Shown here: positions 16,714-25,204 of the stretch, one piece after another
Layout: every line of letters starts with the position of its first letter
Numbering within the stretch: position 1 is the stretch's first letter
Source: Dehalococcoidia bacterium
GTDB taxonomy: Bacteria; Chloroflexota; Dehalococcoidia; Lucifugimonadales; SHYT01
DNA length: 32,000 nt
Reading direction: 5' to 3'
Assembly: GCA_009693055.1 (NCBI GenBank)
Contig: SHYA01000008.1
Span: forward strand, 8,965-40,964
Made by a program: the position numbers and the translations under genes
The notes under the pieces: model-generated
Seen by the model: only the letters and a program-made list of their open reading frames with translations
What the model was told of the DNA's origin: nothing
Databases searched by the model: none

Positions 16714-17862
16714 TTACCGCAGAGCGGGCTGCCGGATGCCGAGAGCTGCCCGAATCTCCTCGGCAACAACGTAGGCGGATGCCTGCTTGGGGTCCGCGGG
16801 CTGCTTGAGCAGCGTCTTGGTGAATCCGACGGCCAGCTTGTTCTCCGGGTCCGCGAAGCCGATAGACCCGCCCGCGCCCGGGTGTCCAAACGCTTGCTGC
16901 GACGCGCCCATGGGTGAAGGCTGCGGCCCGCCACCCAGGAAGTAGCCCATTGCCCTGATCGCTCGCACGCCGCTGGTCTCATCCACGGCGTCAACCTGGA
17001 GCGAGCGCGCGGTCTCCACCCGCTTGGCGCCCAGGAGGCGGATCTTGCCCAGCGCGCCCAGGCCAGCGAGCATGGCGTAGTGGCGGGCCAGCGCGCGGGC
17101 GCTGACAATGCCGCCCACGGCGGGGAGGGAGGCGCGGCGCACGTCCGGGCGGTTGAACACATCGCCGGTGGTGCCGACGGCCGGTGGGATCGTCCTATTC
17201 TGGATGGCGGTGCGCGGAGGCGCATTCGGCGGCGGCGGGGCGTTGCTGAGCGTCGCTACGCGGCTCTCCACGTCGTCGGGGATGCCCATGTAGATGTCCT
17301 TGATGCCCAGTGGCTTGTTGATCTCTTCCTGGACGAACTTGGCGATGGGGCGGCCATCGGCGCGCCGGACCACCTCGCCAAGGATCCAGCCGAAGGTGTA
17401 CGCGTGGTAGCCCGACTTGGTCCCCGGCTCCCAGAGCGGCTCAAGGTTAGCGATGGCCTTGCACATGCCGTCCCAGTCGCACATCATCTGCGGGGTCGCG
17501 CCGTCGGGCATTTGAGGGACACCCGCGCGGTGCGTCAGGCCGTCAAGCACGGTGGCCTTGCCCTTGCCCTTTGCGGCGAACTCCGGCCAGTAGTGGGCGA
17601 TGGGCTTGTTGTAGTCCACGACACCCCGGTCGGCCAGGATGTGGATACAGGTGGCGGTGATCCCCTTGGAGCTGGAGAAGACGGTGAACAGCGTGTCGCC
17701 GTCCACCTTGCGGCCCGACTTTTCGTCGGCCAGGCCGGCCCACGCGTCAATGGCGAGCTCGCCGTTGAGGTACGCGGCGGCCTGGAGGCCCACCTCGTCG
17801 CCGCTGGACACCAGGTCGTTCAAAAGCTTCTGCACGCGCTGACTAGCCTTGGCGTCAACCAT
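16714..17862 (-). CDS. beta-lactamase-fold serine hydrolase, paralog 2
   Basis: The internal ATG at 17862 gives 382 aa starting MVDAKASQRVQKLLNDLVSSGDEVGLQAAAYLNGELAIDAWAG, almost identical to the paralog 1 N-terminus. The SxxK motif is FSSSKGITA. Confidence 0.85.
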   Translation of the reverse strand: MVDAKASQRVQKLLNDLVSSGDEVGLQAAAYLNGELAIDAWAGLADEKSGRKVDGDTLFTVFSSSKGITATCIHILADRGVVDYNKPIAHYWPEFAAKGKGKATVLDGLTHRAGVPQMPDGATPQMMCDWDGMCKAIANLEPLWEPGTKSGYHAYTFGWILGEVVRRADGRPIAKFVQEEINKPLGIKDIYMGIPDDVESRVATLSNAPPPPNAPPRTAIQNRTIPPAVGTTGDVFNRPDVRRASLPAVGGIVSARALARHYAMLAGLGALGKIRLLGAKRVETARSLQVDAVDETSGVRAIRAMGYFLGGGPQPSPMGASQQAFGHPGAGGSIGFADPENKLAVGFTKTLLKQPADPKQASAYVVAEEIRAALGIRQPALR

Positions 17863-17968
17863 GTTCCCCTCCTCGCGCTCGGTGGCGTTCGTTGACCGAC
17901 AATGGGGCCAGTCTAGCAGGGAGGCCCGCGAAGCGCCACAGGGCGGTGTTGCGCCAGGGTCTTTTAGT

Positions 17969-18085
17969 TTTCTGATTCCTGGCCACATGAGGCATGTGTA
18001 GGGGCAATTCATGAATTGCCCCTACACATGCGCCGGAGATTCGGCACTGTGAGCGAGAAGGTGAGCCAAGGCGGTAACTAAAAGA
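17969..18085. repeat. intact palindromic REP/MITE-like element
   Basis: Contains the 40-nt perfect palindrome at 17992-18031 (GCATGTGTAGGGGCAATTCATGAATTGCCCCTACACATGC). Its flanks match 8479-8525 and 8789-8865. Confidence 0.7.
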
Positions 18086-18319
18086 GCCTGACTGTTGGGC
18101 TGTCTCTACAGTTAGCGAAGTGAGCAGATCTTCGCCTTGGTCGGATGCGTGGCGCCGGTCTCCGGAGGCTGGCAGGGGTCAAGAGGCTTGCGCGTTCTTC
18201 CGGAACGCTGGCTCTGGCCTGCGCGCCACTGTCATGCGGCATGATTGAACCAGCATAGCCATAAGAATGGCAGCACGGTACGAATTCGCCGAGCATGGCA
18301 ACGCATCTCGTAATTCACC

Positions 18320-18349
18320 TTGACACTGCGATGAGGGCTATGCTAGCGT
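18320..18349 (+). promoter_or_regulatory. promoter candidate for the LLM array (TTGACA-18 nt-TAGCGT)
   Basis: TTGACA at 18320-18325 and TAGCGT at 18344-18349, 60 nt upstream of the LLM-1 ATG. Confidence 0.35.
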
Positions 18350-18409
18350 GCGGCGTTGGGGCCGCAAAGCGGCTTCTGATTGCTATGGAGAGATCGCAGG
18401 GGAGGCAGC

Positions 18410-19669
18410 ATGTTCATCAGCCACTACACGGAGCAGCCCTGGCAGGATCCCAAGTCAGGCATCATGGGCGTCGCGGGCGACCTCACCGCCAGCAACTCCC
18501 TCTACGACCCGCAAATCGGCGCCCAACTCTACAACCGGTACATTGACGAGAAGCTGTACGCGGAAGAGCTAGGCTTTGAGGGCCTGATGCTCAACGAGCA
18601 CCACAGCGCGCCGTTCTGCATGCAGGGTGTCACCAACATTGAGGCGTGCATCCTGGCGCGCCAGACCAAGCGAGCCAAGATTATCATCCTGGGCAACATC
18701 CTTCCGATCTGGGAAGACCCGCTCTGGCTTGCCGAGCAGCTCGCCATGATTGACATGATCTCGCACGGGCGCCTGGTCACGGGCTGGGTCCGCGGCGGCG
18801 GGCGCGAGTCCATCGCCCACAACGCTCCCCCGACCGTGAACCGCGAGCGGTTTGAGGAGGCCCACGACTTCATCGTCAAGACCTGGACCACGCCCGGGCC
18901 TTTCCGCTGGGAGGAGAAGCACTTCAACTACCGGTACGTAAACCCGTGGTCCATGCCTCTGCAGAAGCCGCACCCGATCATCATGATTCCCGGCATCGCC
19001 AGCACCGAGACGGTGGACTGGGTCGCCAAGAACCACTATCCGTACGTGATGCTTGCGACGCTGCTGGAGCCCACGAGGCAGATGTTTGACTACTATCGCC
19101 AGGTGGCGGCGGAGAGCGGCTACCAGTCGGGTACGCAGAACCTGGGGTATCTGTTCAAGGTGCACGTGGAAGAGACGGACGCGATGGCGGACGAGGCTGG
19201 CCGCAGGTACATCGGCGGCGTGGCGAACCCGTTCATCACGGGGAACAACGCGCTGGTCGGCCGCGGTATCCAGGACCTGCCGGGCCACACGACCAAGGCA
19301 TCCCGCATGCGGCGGCAGCAGCAGTTTGGCCTCGGCAGCGGCGTGACCGCCGCCAGCGCGGGGGCAACGGCTCGCGGCACTTACGAGCAGCAGACCGAGA
19401 ACTTAAGCATCATCTCCGGCACGCCCAAGACGGTCATCCCCAGGGTCCGCAAGGTGCTGGAGACGCTGCGCCCGGGCCAGATCTTCTTCTGGGACGGCGA
19501 CGGCGCGATGTCCCACGACGACGCGGTCCGGAGCCTGAAGCTCTTTGGTGATGAGGTCATCCCCGCCACCCGCGAGATCGGCAAGGAGCTGGGCCTTGTG
19601 AGCGCCTTTGAGGTGAACGACGGCACCGGCTACGACCAGGCCGCGTGGAAGGCCGCGACGAAGAAGTAA
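18410..19669 (+). CDS. luciferase-like (LLM class) flavin-dependent oxidoreductase, paralog 1
   Basis: ATG at 18410 after AGGGGAGG, 419 aa. Contains MFISHYTEQPWQDP, GLMLNEHHSAPF and LAMIDMISHGRL. Confidence 0.85.
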   Translation: MFISHYTEQPWQDPKSGIMGVAGDLTASNSLYDPQIGAQLYNRYIDEKLYAEELGFEGLMLNEHHSAPFCMQGVTNIEACILARQTKRAKIIILGNILPIWEDPLWLAEQLAMIDMISHGRLVTGWVRGGGRESIAHNAPPTVNRERFEEAHDFIVKTWTTPGPFRWEEKHFNYRYVNPWSMPLQKPHPIIMIPGIASTETVDWVAKNHYPYVMLATLLEPTRQMFDYYRQVAAESGYQSGTQNLGYLFKVHVEETDAMADEAGRRYIGGVANPFITGNNALVGRGIQDLPGHTTKASRMRRQQQFGLGSGVTAASAGATARGTYEQQTENLSIISGTPKTVIPRVRKVLETLRPGQIFFWDGDGAMSHDDAVRSLKLFGDEVIPATREIGKELGLVSAFEVNDGTGYDQAAWKAATKK

Positions 19670-19685
19670 CGATGTTCAGCGTGGT

Positions 19686-19713
19686 GTAGGGGCGACCGGC
19701 CGGTCGCCCCTAC
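19686..19713. repeat. GTAGGGGC..GCCCCTAC palindrome between LLM-1 and LLM-2
   Basis: GTAGGGGCGACCGGCCGGTCGCCCCTAC, a 28-nt perfect palindrome. Confidence 0.8.
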
Positions 19714-19759
19714 CTTTAGGTTTCCCGGAAAGGCGACCAGACAGGCAAAAGGAATCACC

Positions 19760-21010
19760 ATGTTCATCGGCCACTTCAACGAGCAGCCCTGGCAGGACCC
19801 CAAGCTGGACTTCACCAAGCCGGGTGCCGGCATCCGCGACCTGGGCCTGAGCAACGCGGTGTACAGCCCCGAGATCGGCCAGCAGCTCTACAACCGCTAC
19901 ATTGACGAGAAGCTGTACGCGGAAGAAATCGGCATGGACGGGCTGATGCTCAACGAGCACCATTCCATGCCCGGCTGCATGCAGGGCGTGACTAACGTTG
20001 AGGCGGCGATCCTGGCCCGGCAGACGAAGAAAGCCAAGATCGCCATCCTGGGCAACGTCCTGCCGATCTGGGACGACCCGCTGTGGCTCGCCGAGCAGCT
20101 AGCCATGATTGACATGATCTCGCACGGGCGGCTGATCACCGGCTGGGTGCGCGGCACTGGGCGTGAGAGCATCACGCACAACGCCGTGCCGCCGTACAAC
20201 CGCGAGCGGTTCCAGGAGTCGCACGACTTCGTCATTAAGGCATGGACCACCCCAGGTCCGTTCCGCTGGGAGGGCAAGCACTACCAGTACCGCTACGTGA
20301 ACCCGTGGTCGATGCCGCTGCAGAAGCCTCACTCGCCAATCTGGATCCCCTGCTCGGTGAGCCGCGATACCGCCGTCTGGTGCGCCAGGTACCACTACCC
20401 CATGATCATGCTCGCCAGCGGCATGGAGGCCACCAAGGAGATGTTCCAGGTGTACCATGACACCGCCGCGGAAGAGGGATATACGTCAGGTCCGCAGAAC
20501 GTCGGCTACCTTTTCAAGGTCCACGTGGATGAGACCGACGAGCAGGGCTATGAGGTGGGGCGGAAGTTCATTGAAGGCGTGAGCAACCCCTTCAACGTCG
20601 GCAACGAGGGCTCTGTTCTCTCCTTCCTCCAGGCGCTGCCGGGCCTCTCTTCGCGGGCGGCGGTGAACACCCGCATCCAGCGCCTCCAGCCCGCCGGCCG
20701 CGGCGGCAGCGGCCTCTTCGCCAAGTACGACGACCAGATCAAGAACTACACGATCATCAGCGGGACGCCCAAGACGGTGCTGCCCAAGGTGAGGCACGTG
20801 CTGGAGTACCTGCGGCCGGGAAGCATCTTTTTCTGGGACGGCGACGGCGCGATGACCCACGACGACCAGGTGCGCAGCCTGCGCCTCATGGGCGAGGAGC
20901 TCATCCCCGCGACGCGGGAGATCGGCAAGGAGCTGGGTCTGCTGACCAGCTTTGAGACGAACGACGGCACGGGCTACGACCAGACCGCGTGGGCGGCGAT
21001 GAAGAAATAG
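19760..21010 (+). CDS. LLM class flavin-dependent oxidoreductase, paralog 2 (most diverged)
   Basis: 416 aa with MFIGHFNEQPWQDP, GLMLNEHHSMPG and LAMIDMISHGRL. Confidence 0.85.
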   Translation: MFIGHFNEQPWQDPKLDFTKPGAGIRDLGLSNAVYSPEIGQQLYNRYIDEKLYAEEIGMDGLMLNEHHSMPGCMQGVTNVEAAILARQTKKAKIAILGNVLPIWDDPLWLAEQLAMIDMISHGRLITGWVRGTGRESITHNAVPPYNRERFQESHDFVIKAWTTPGPFRWEGKHYQYRYVNPWSMPLQKPHSPIWIPCSVSRDTAVWCARYHYPMIMLASGMEATKEMFQVYHDTAAEEGYTSGPQNVGYLFKVHVDETDEQGYEVGRKFIEGVSNPFNVGNEGSVLSFLQALPGLSSRAAVNTRIQRLQPAGRGGSGLFAKYDDQIKNYTIISGTPKTVLPKVRHVLEYLRPGSIFFWDGDGAMTHDDQVRSLRLMGEELIPATREIGKELGLLTSFETNDGTGYDQTAWAAMKK

Positions 21011-21078
21011 GCATTAGGGGCCATGAAGTGGGGGGTGACACGTCGGGGCGCCCCTACAAGAGCGCAGGAGGAGGGATC

Positions 21079-22338
21079 ATGCTGATCAGCCATTACACGG
21101 AGCAGCCCTGGCAAGACACGAAGACCGGCATCATGGGCAGCCAGACCGGCGACCTTGCGCTCAGCAACCGGCTCTACGACCCGGCCATCGGCGCCCAGCT
21201 TTACAACCGGTACATTGACGAGAAACTGTATGCGGAAGAGGTGGGCTTTGAGGGGCTGATGCTCAACGAGCACCACTCCACGCCGTTCTGCATGCAGGGC
21301 GTCACCAACGTTGAGGCGTGCATTCTGGCGCGGCAGACCAAGCGGGCCAAGATCATCATCCTTGGCAACATCCTTCCCATCTATGAAGACCCCCTCTGGC
21401 TGGCCGAGCAGCTCGCGATGATTGACATGATCTCGCACGGGCGCCTCGTGAGCGGCTGGGTGCGAGGCGGCGGGCGCGAGGCCATCTCGCACAACGCGCC
21501 GCCCACGGTAAACCGCGAGCGGTTTGAGGAGGCCCACGACTTCATCGTCAAGACCTGGACCACGCCTGGGCCGTTCCGCTGGGAGAGCAAGCACTTCCAG
21601 TACCGGTACGTGAACCCGTGGAGCATGCCTCTGCAGAAACCGCACCCGATGATGTGGATCCCCGGCGTCGCCAGCACGGAGACGGTGGACTGGGTGGCCA
21701 AGCACCGCTATCCGTACGTCATGCTCGCGACGCTGATGGAGCCGACGAAGCAGATGTTTGACTATTACTACCAGGTTGCCGCGGAGAACGGCTACCAGGC
21801 CGGCACGCAAAACCTTGGGTACTTGTTCAAGGTGCACGTGGAGGAGACGGAGGCGATGGCCGAGGAGGTGGGCCGCAAGTACCTCAGCGGCGTGAGCAAC
21901 CCCTTCATTGCGGGGAACAACAGCTCTGTTAGCGCGGGCATCCAGGACTTGCCGGGCCACACGACCAAGGCGTCCCGCATGCGCCGGCAGCAGCTCTTCG
22001 GCATTGGTAGCGGCGTCACCGCCGCGAGCGCGGGCTCCACCATTCGCGCCCCGTACGAGCAGCAGATCGCCAACCTGAGCATCATATCTGGCACGCCTAA
22101 GACGGTCATCCCCAAGGTGCGCCAGGTGCTGGAGATGCTGCGCCCCGGACAGATCTTCTTCTGGGACGGCGACGGCGCCATGTCGCACGACGACCAGGTG
22201 CGGAGCCTGCGGCTCCACGGCGAGGAGGTTATCCCCGCCACGCGCGAGATCGGCAAGGAGCTGGGCCTGCTCAGCGCGTTTGAGGTCAACGACGGCACCG
22301 GCTACGACCAGGCCGTGTGGAGCAAGGCCAAGGGCTAG
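21079..22338 (+). CDS. LLM class flavin-dependent oxidoreductase, paralog 3
   Basis: ATG at 21079 after AGGAGGAGGG, 419 aa. Starts MLISHYTEQPWQDT and is very similar to paralog 1 along its length. Confidence 0.85.
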   Translation: MLISHYTEQPWQDTKTGIMGSQTGDLALSNRLYDPAIGAQLYNRYIDEKLYAEEVGFEGLMLNEHHSTPFCMQGVTNVEACILARQTKRAKIIILGNILPIYEDPLWLAEQLAMIDMISHGRLVSGWVRGGGREAISHNAPPTVNRERFEEAHDFIVKTWTTPGPFRWESKHFQYRYVNPWSMPLQKPHPMMWIPGVASTETVDWVAKHRYPYVMLATLMEPTKQMFDYYYQVAAENGYQAGTQNLGYLFKVHVEETEAMAEEVGRKYLSGVSNPFIAGNNSSVSAGIQDLPGHTTKASRMRRQQLFGIGSGVTAASAGSTIRAPYEQQIANLSIISGTPKTVIPKVRQVLEMLRPGQIFFWDGDGAMSHDDQVRSLRLHGEEVIPATREIGKELGLLSAFEVNDGTGYDQAVWSKAKG

Positions 22339-22364
22339 CTGCCACACACCCCAGGCCGGTATCC

Positions 22365-22403
22365 CATCGCCTCCGTCCCCATGCAATCGGGACGGAGGCG
22401 ATG
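22365..22403 (+). terminator. rho-independent terminator after LLM-3
   Basis: CATCGCCTCCGTCCC-(9 nt)-GGGACGGAGGCGATG followed by CTGTTGTTG. Confidence 0.7.
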
Positions 22404-22546
22404 CTGTTGTTGACGAAGAGGGCGTAGCGGACCTTGGTGAGGCGTGGTCTACCCCAACGGAGGGGCGGCGATGCGTGGCTGACCCTCCGCTGGCGTTGGC
22501 AGCGCGTCAAGCGACGTAGCCTTACGCGCCGCTCCAGCAGAACGGT

Positions 22547-22575
22547 TTGACACCCAGAGTGCCCGTGACATATAG
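22547..22575 (+). promoter_or_regulatory. promoter candidate (TTGACA-17 nt-ATATAG) for the 100-aa protein gene
   Basis: TTGACA at 22547-22552 and ATATAG at 22570-22575, 57 nt upstream of the ATG. Confidence 0.4.
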
Positions 22576-22632
22576 CGCGCGGTGCTGGGCAGGCGCGAGT
22601 CTCAGCCCACGAAAACGATAGCGGAGGATTCC

Positions 22633-22935
22633 ATGAGGTATCTGGTCAAGATTGACACCCCCACCGAAGCCGGCAACGCTGCGATTAGGGATCCCAAGTT
22701 TGGGGCCAAGATGGAGACCCTGCTCAAGGACATCAAGGCGGAAACGGCCTATTTCACCACCACGGTCAATCGACACCGCGGGGGCTACATCGTTATCAAC
22801 ATGGACGACGCGTCCCAGATCCTGGCCGTGGCAGAACCGCTGTTCCATTGGCTCAAGGCCACGGTTGAGTTCATTCCCGTCATGCTCCCTCAGGACCTTG
22901 CGCAGGCCGGCCCCGCCATTCAGAAGTGGGGTTAG
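22633..22935 (+). CDS. small conserved-looking hypothetical protein (100 aa, probably alpha+beta)
   Basis: ATG at 22633 after GGAGGA. Translates to MRYLVKIDTPTEAGNAAIRDPKFGAKMETLLKDIKAETAYFTT..GGYIVINMDDASQILAVAEPLFHWLKATVEFIPVM. GC3-rich codons; family not recognised with certainty. Confidence 0.65.
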   Translation: MRYLVKIDTPTEAGNAAIRDPKFGAKMETLLKDIKAETAYFTTTVNRHRGGYIVINMDDASQILAVAEPLFHWLKATVEFIPVMLPQDLAQAGPAIQKWG

Positions 22936-22969
22936 GCAGCCTCACCCGCATTCGTTCCGCCGGAACAGC

Positions 22970-22997
22970 GAGGGGCGGCCCAGTGTGGCCGCCCCTC
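22970..22997 (+). terminator. hairpin terminator after the 100-aa gene
   Basis: GAGGGGCGGCC-CAGTGT-GGCCGCCCCTC. Confidence 0.55.
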
Positions 22998-23011
22998 CGC
23001 ATTTCACTTCC

Positions 23012-23040
23012 GTAGGGGCGGGTTTCAAACCCGCCCCTAC
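23012..23040. repeat. GTAGGGGC..GCCCCTAC palindrome
   Basis: GTAGGGGCGGGTTT-C-AAACCCGCCCCTAC, in a convergent spacer. Confidence 0.8.
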
Positions 23041-23065
23041 GTTGCCATTGCTGTCACAGGTGGCC

Positions 23066-23768
23066 TTACCCCGCCTGCCGCACCACCAGCTCGCCCACCG
23101 TGACGTCGACGTTCAGGCGCACCCTTCGCGTTGCCGTGGCGTAGTCCGGCGAGGCGTACGTCAGCCGGCGCATGAGGCCGCCGGACTGCTGGCCGGGGAC
23201 GCGCGCCGCGCCCACGATCACCTCGGCGTCCACAGTCAGCGCCAGGTCCTTCGGCACGATCACTTCGGCACGGCCCACCACCACGTTCACCTCAATGGCG
23301 CGCTCGCCCTCCGATGCCGGGGCCTTGGTGAGGTCCAGCACCAGCTCGCCCGCGCCCACCTGGTAGGTGGCGTCCGCGCCGGTCCAGCCCTCCGTCACGC
23401 GGAGGTTGCCGAAGAAGCGGTCCTGGAACGTGGGGCGCACGGGCCTGCGGGAGCGGCGCAGCAACGCCAGCCCGACGACGATGACGAGCGCCGCGAACAG
23501 CACTCCCAGCACATTGCCCACGTGGACGCCGACGGCGTTGAGGAGGAGGACAACGCCGACCACGATGACGAGGATGCCGACGGCCTGGGGCCAGAAGCTC
23601 CTACCCACGCCGCCACCACCATCGGCCCCTGCGACCACTCAGGAGCATGCCGACACCGAGGATGATGAGGATGACGGGCCAGTAGGTGCCAAGGCCGTTC
23701 GTGACGATGCCCAGCTTCTCCAGCAAAAGCAGGACACCGATTGCAATGAGCGCCAGACCAGCAAACAT
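23066..23768 (-). CDS. LiaF-like membrane protein (4 TM plus a DUF2154-like C-terminal domain), split by one frameshift as read
   Basis: The 55-aa ORF 23601-23768 (MFAGLALIAIGVLLLLEKLGIVTNGLGTYWPVILIILGVGMLL...) overlaps the 190-aa ORF 23066-23638 in another frame. The total span is 703 nt, one more than a multiple of 3. Confidence 0.6.
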
Positions 23769-23794
23769 GGACACCGTTTCGCTCGGAGTGGACT

Positions 23795-25029
23795 CTAGTC
23801 CTTCACCTCCAGTTTAACCAAGTCATTGGTGTTTGGGTTGAACCGCGCCTCTACCTGCATGCCAGTCTTGATGTCTGTAAGCGTCGCGGCGCCCTTGCGC
23901 TTGAATTCAGTCCGTGCTGTGGCCTTTAAGATGGTTTCAGCATCGTCTTGAGCGCGGATAGTGACTGTCTTGGCGTCCGCGTTGATGGCCGTGACAATGC
24001 GCTCTAGCTCAGCCTTCTGTTCCTCGCGCTGGACCTTGAGACGGACCAGCTCCTTGGTTGTGTCGTTGAATTTGGCGTGCACCATCGTGCCTGTTTTGAG
24101 ATCGCCAAAGGCCCCGACCTCGTCCAGCCGCGTTCCGGTCACCACCTTAAAAGTACCTCCACTCCCATTCTTGTCGCGAACGGTGACCGTCTTGGCGTTT
24201 GCGTCTATGGAGGTGATGGCGCCCTCTAGCTCACTCTTCTCCTCTTCCGCCTTGCCCCTCTTATCGTCCTTTACCTCCAGCTTGCTGAGCTCCTTCGTGG
24301 CCGAATTGAAGTCGGTCTCCATTCTCATGCCCGTCTTCAGGTTGGCGAAGGTCCCTACGCCATCCAGGTCCAACTCCGTCACCGCTGTTATCCTGAGGGC
24401 TGCCTCTGTCCCGTTTGCAGCGCGGATCGTGACGGTCTTAGCCCCGTTGTCTATCGCCGTAATGGCGCCCTTGACCTCGTCCTCGTCGTCCTTGTCCCCA
24501 TCATCTTCCACCTCTATCTTGAAGGCCTTTTGGGTCTCCACGTCAAACGCGGCTTCTATCTCCTGACCCACCTGTAAGGCAGCGAAGGTTGCCCTCTCGT
24601 CGTCATCCACTTCAATCCTCGTCTCGGCTGTCACCCCTAGCGTGACCTCTCCACCCTTCTCCAGGCTGATGGTGACGGTCTGCTCGGCGCTGTCTATGGA
24701 CTTGATGGCGCCTTCCGCCTCCGCAGCGTGGGCCTTCACCTTCTTGACCTTCTTATGCTGGTCCACCTCTACCGTAACTTGGCTACCCGGCTCCAAGGAG
24801 ACGTTTCCCGCCGCCTGGCGAAGCGCCTCCACGTTGACGTCTTTGAGGTTAAACGTGACCGCCCCCCCCTGTCTTTCAGCTTGACGGTGACTTCGTCGGA
24901 GAGGCTGTCCACGTTCTGGGGCACGCCTTGGAGCGGCGCCAAGTCCCCGGGCTGACACGCGGCGGCGATGAAGAGCGTGATCCCAACGACGGCGACGGCA
25001 AAATAGCGGCGGCCTCTTTGCGTGTTCAT
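23795..25029 (-). CDS. DUF5666-like repeat lipoprotein, frameshifted at a C8/G8 tract as read
   Basis: The signal peptide with lipobox (FIAAAC) lies in ORF 24769-25029. The body, in ORF 23795-24958, has four repeats of about 75 aa (GAI(T/K)(S/A)ID...AKTVT(I/V)R...LK(T/V)G...(K/R)LEVKD). The frames meet at 24862-24869. Confidence 0.7.
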
Positions 25030-25062
25030 GACCTCACCTTCAGAAATCGGTCTTCACTGACA

Positions 25063-25180
25063 ATAACGCGCTGAATAGTGACGCGTCAGGGTGCATGATA
25101 CTGGTGCATCTTACGTGGACAAGTTCCATCAACGATAACGCGCTGAACAGCGGTGTGTCATGGGCGTATGGTAAGCACGC
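25063..25180. repeat. imperfect direct repeat (two units of about 45 nt, 72-bp period) in the lipoprotein upstream region
   Basis: ATAACGCGCTGAA occurs at 25063-25075 and 25135-25147, with similar downstream sequence. Unit 1 contains the palindrome TGACGCGTCA (25079-25088). Confidence 0.6.
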
Positions 25181-25204
25181 CTGGCTGGGGCAGGGGCCAG
25201 CCTT

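Noticed and set aside
18277-18287. A tRNA-like T-loop sequence (GGTACGAATTC).
   Set aside because: The flanking bases cannot form a T-stem, an acceptor stem or an anticodon arm, so this is not a tRNA.
4738-23040. Palindromic repeats as a possible CRISPR array.
   Set aside because: The copies are scattered kilobases apart, have different cores and lack regular repeat-spacer periodicity. No cas genes are present.
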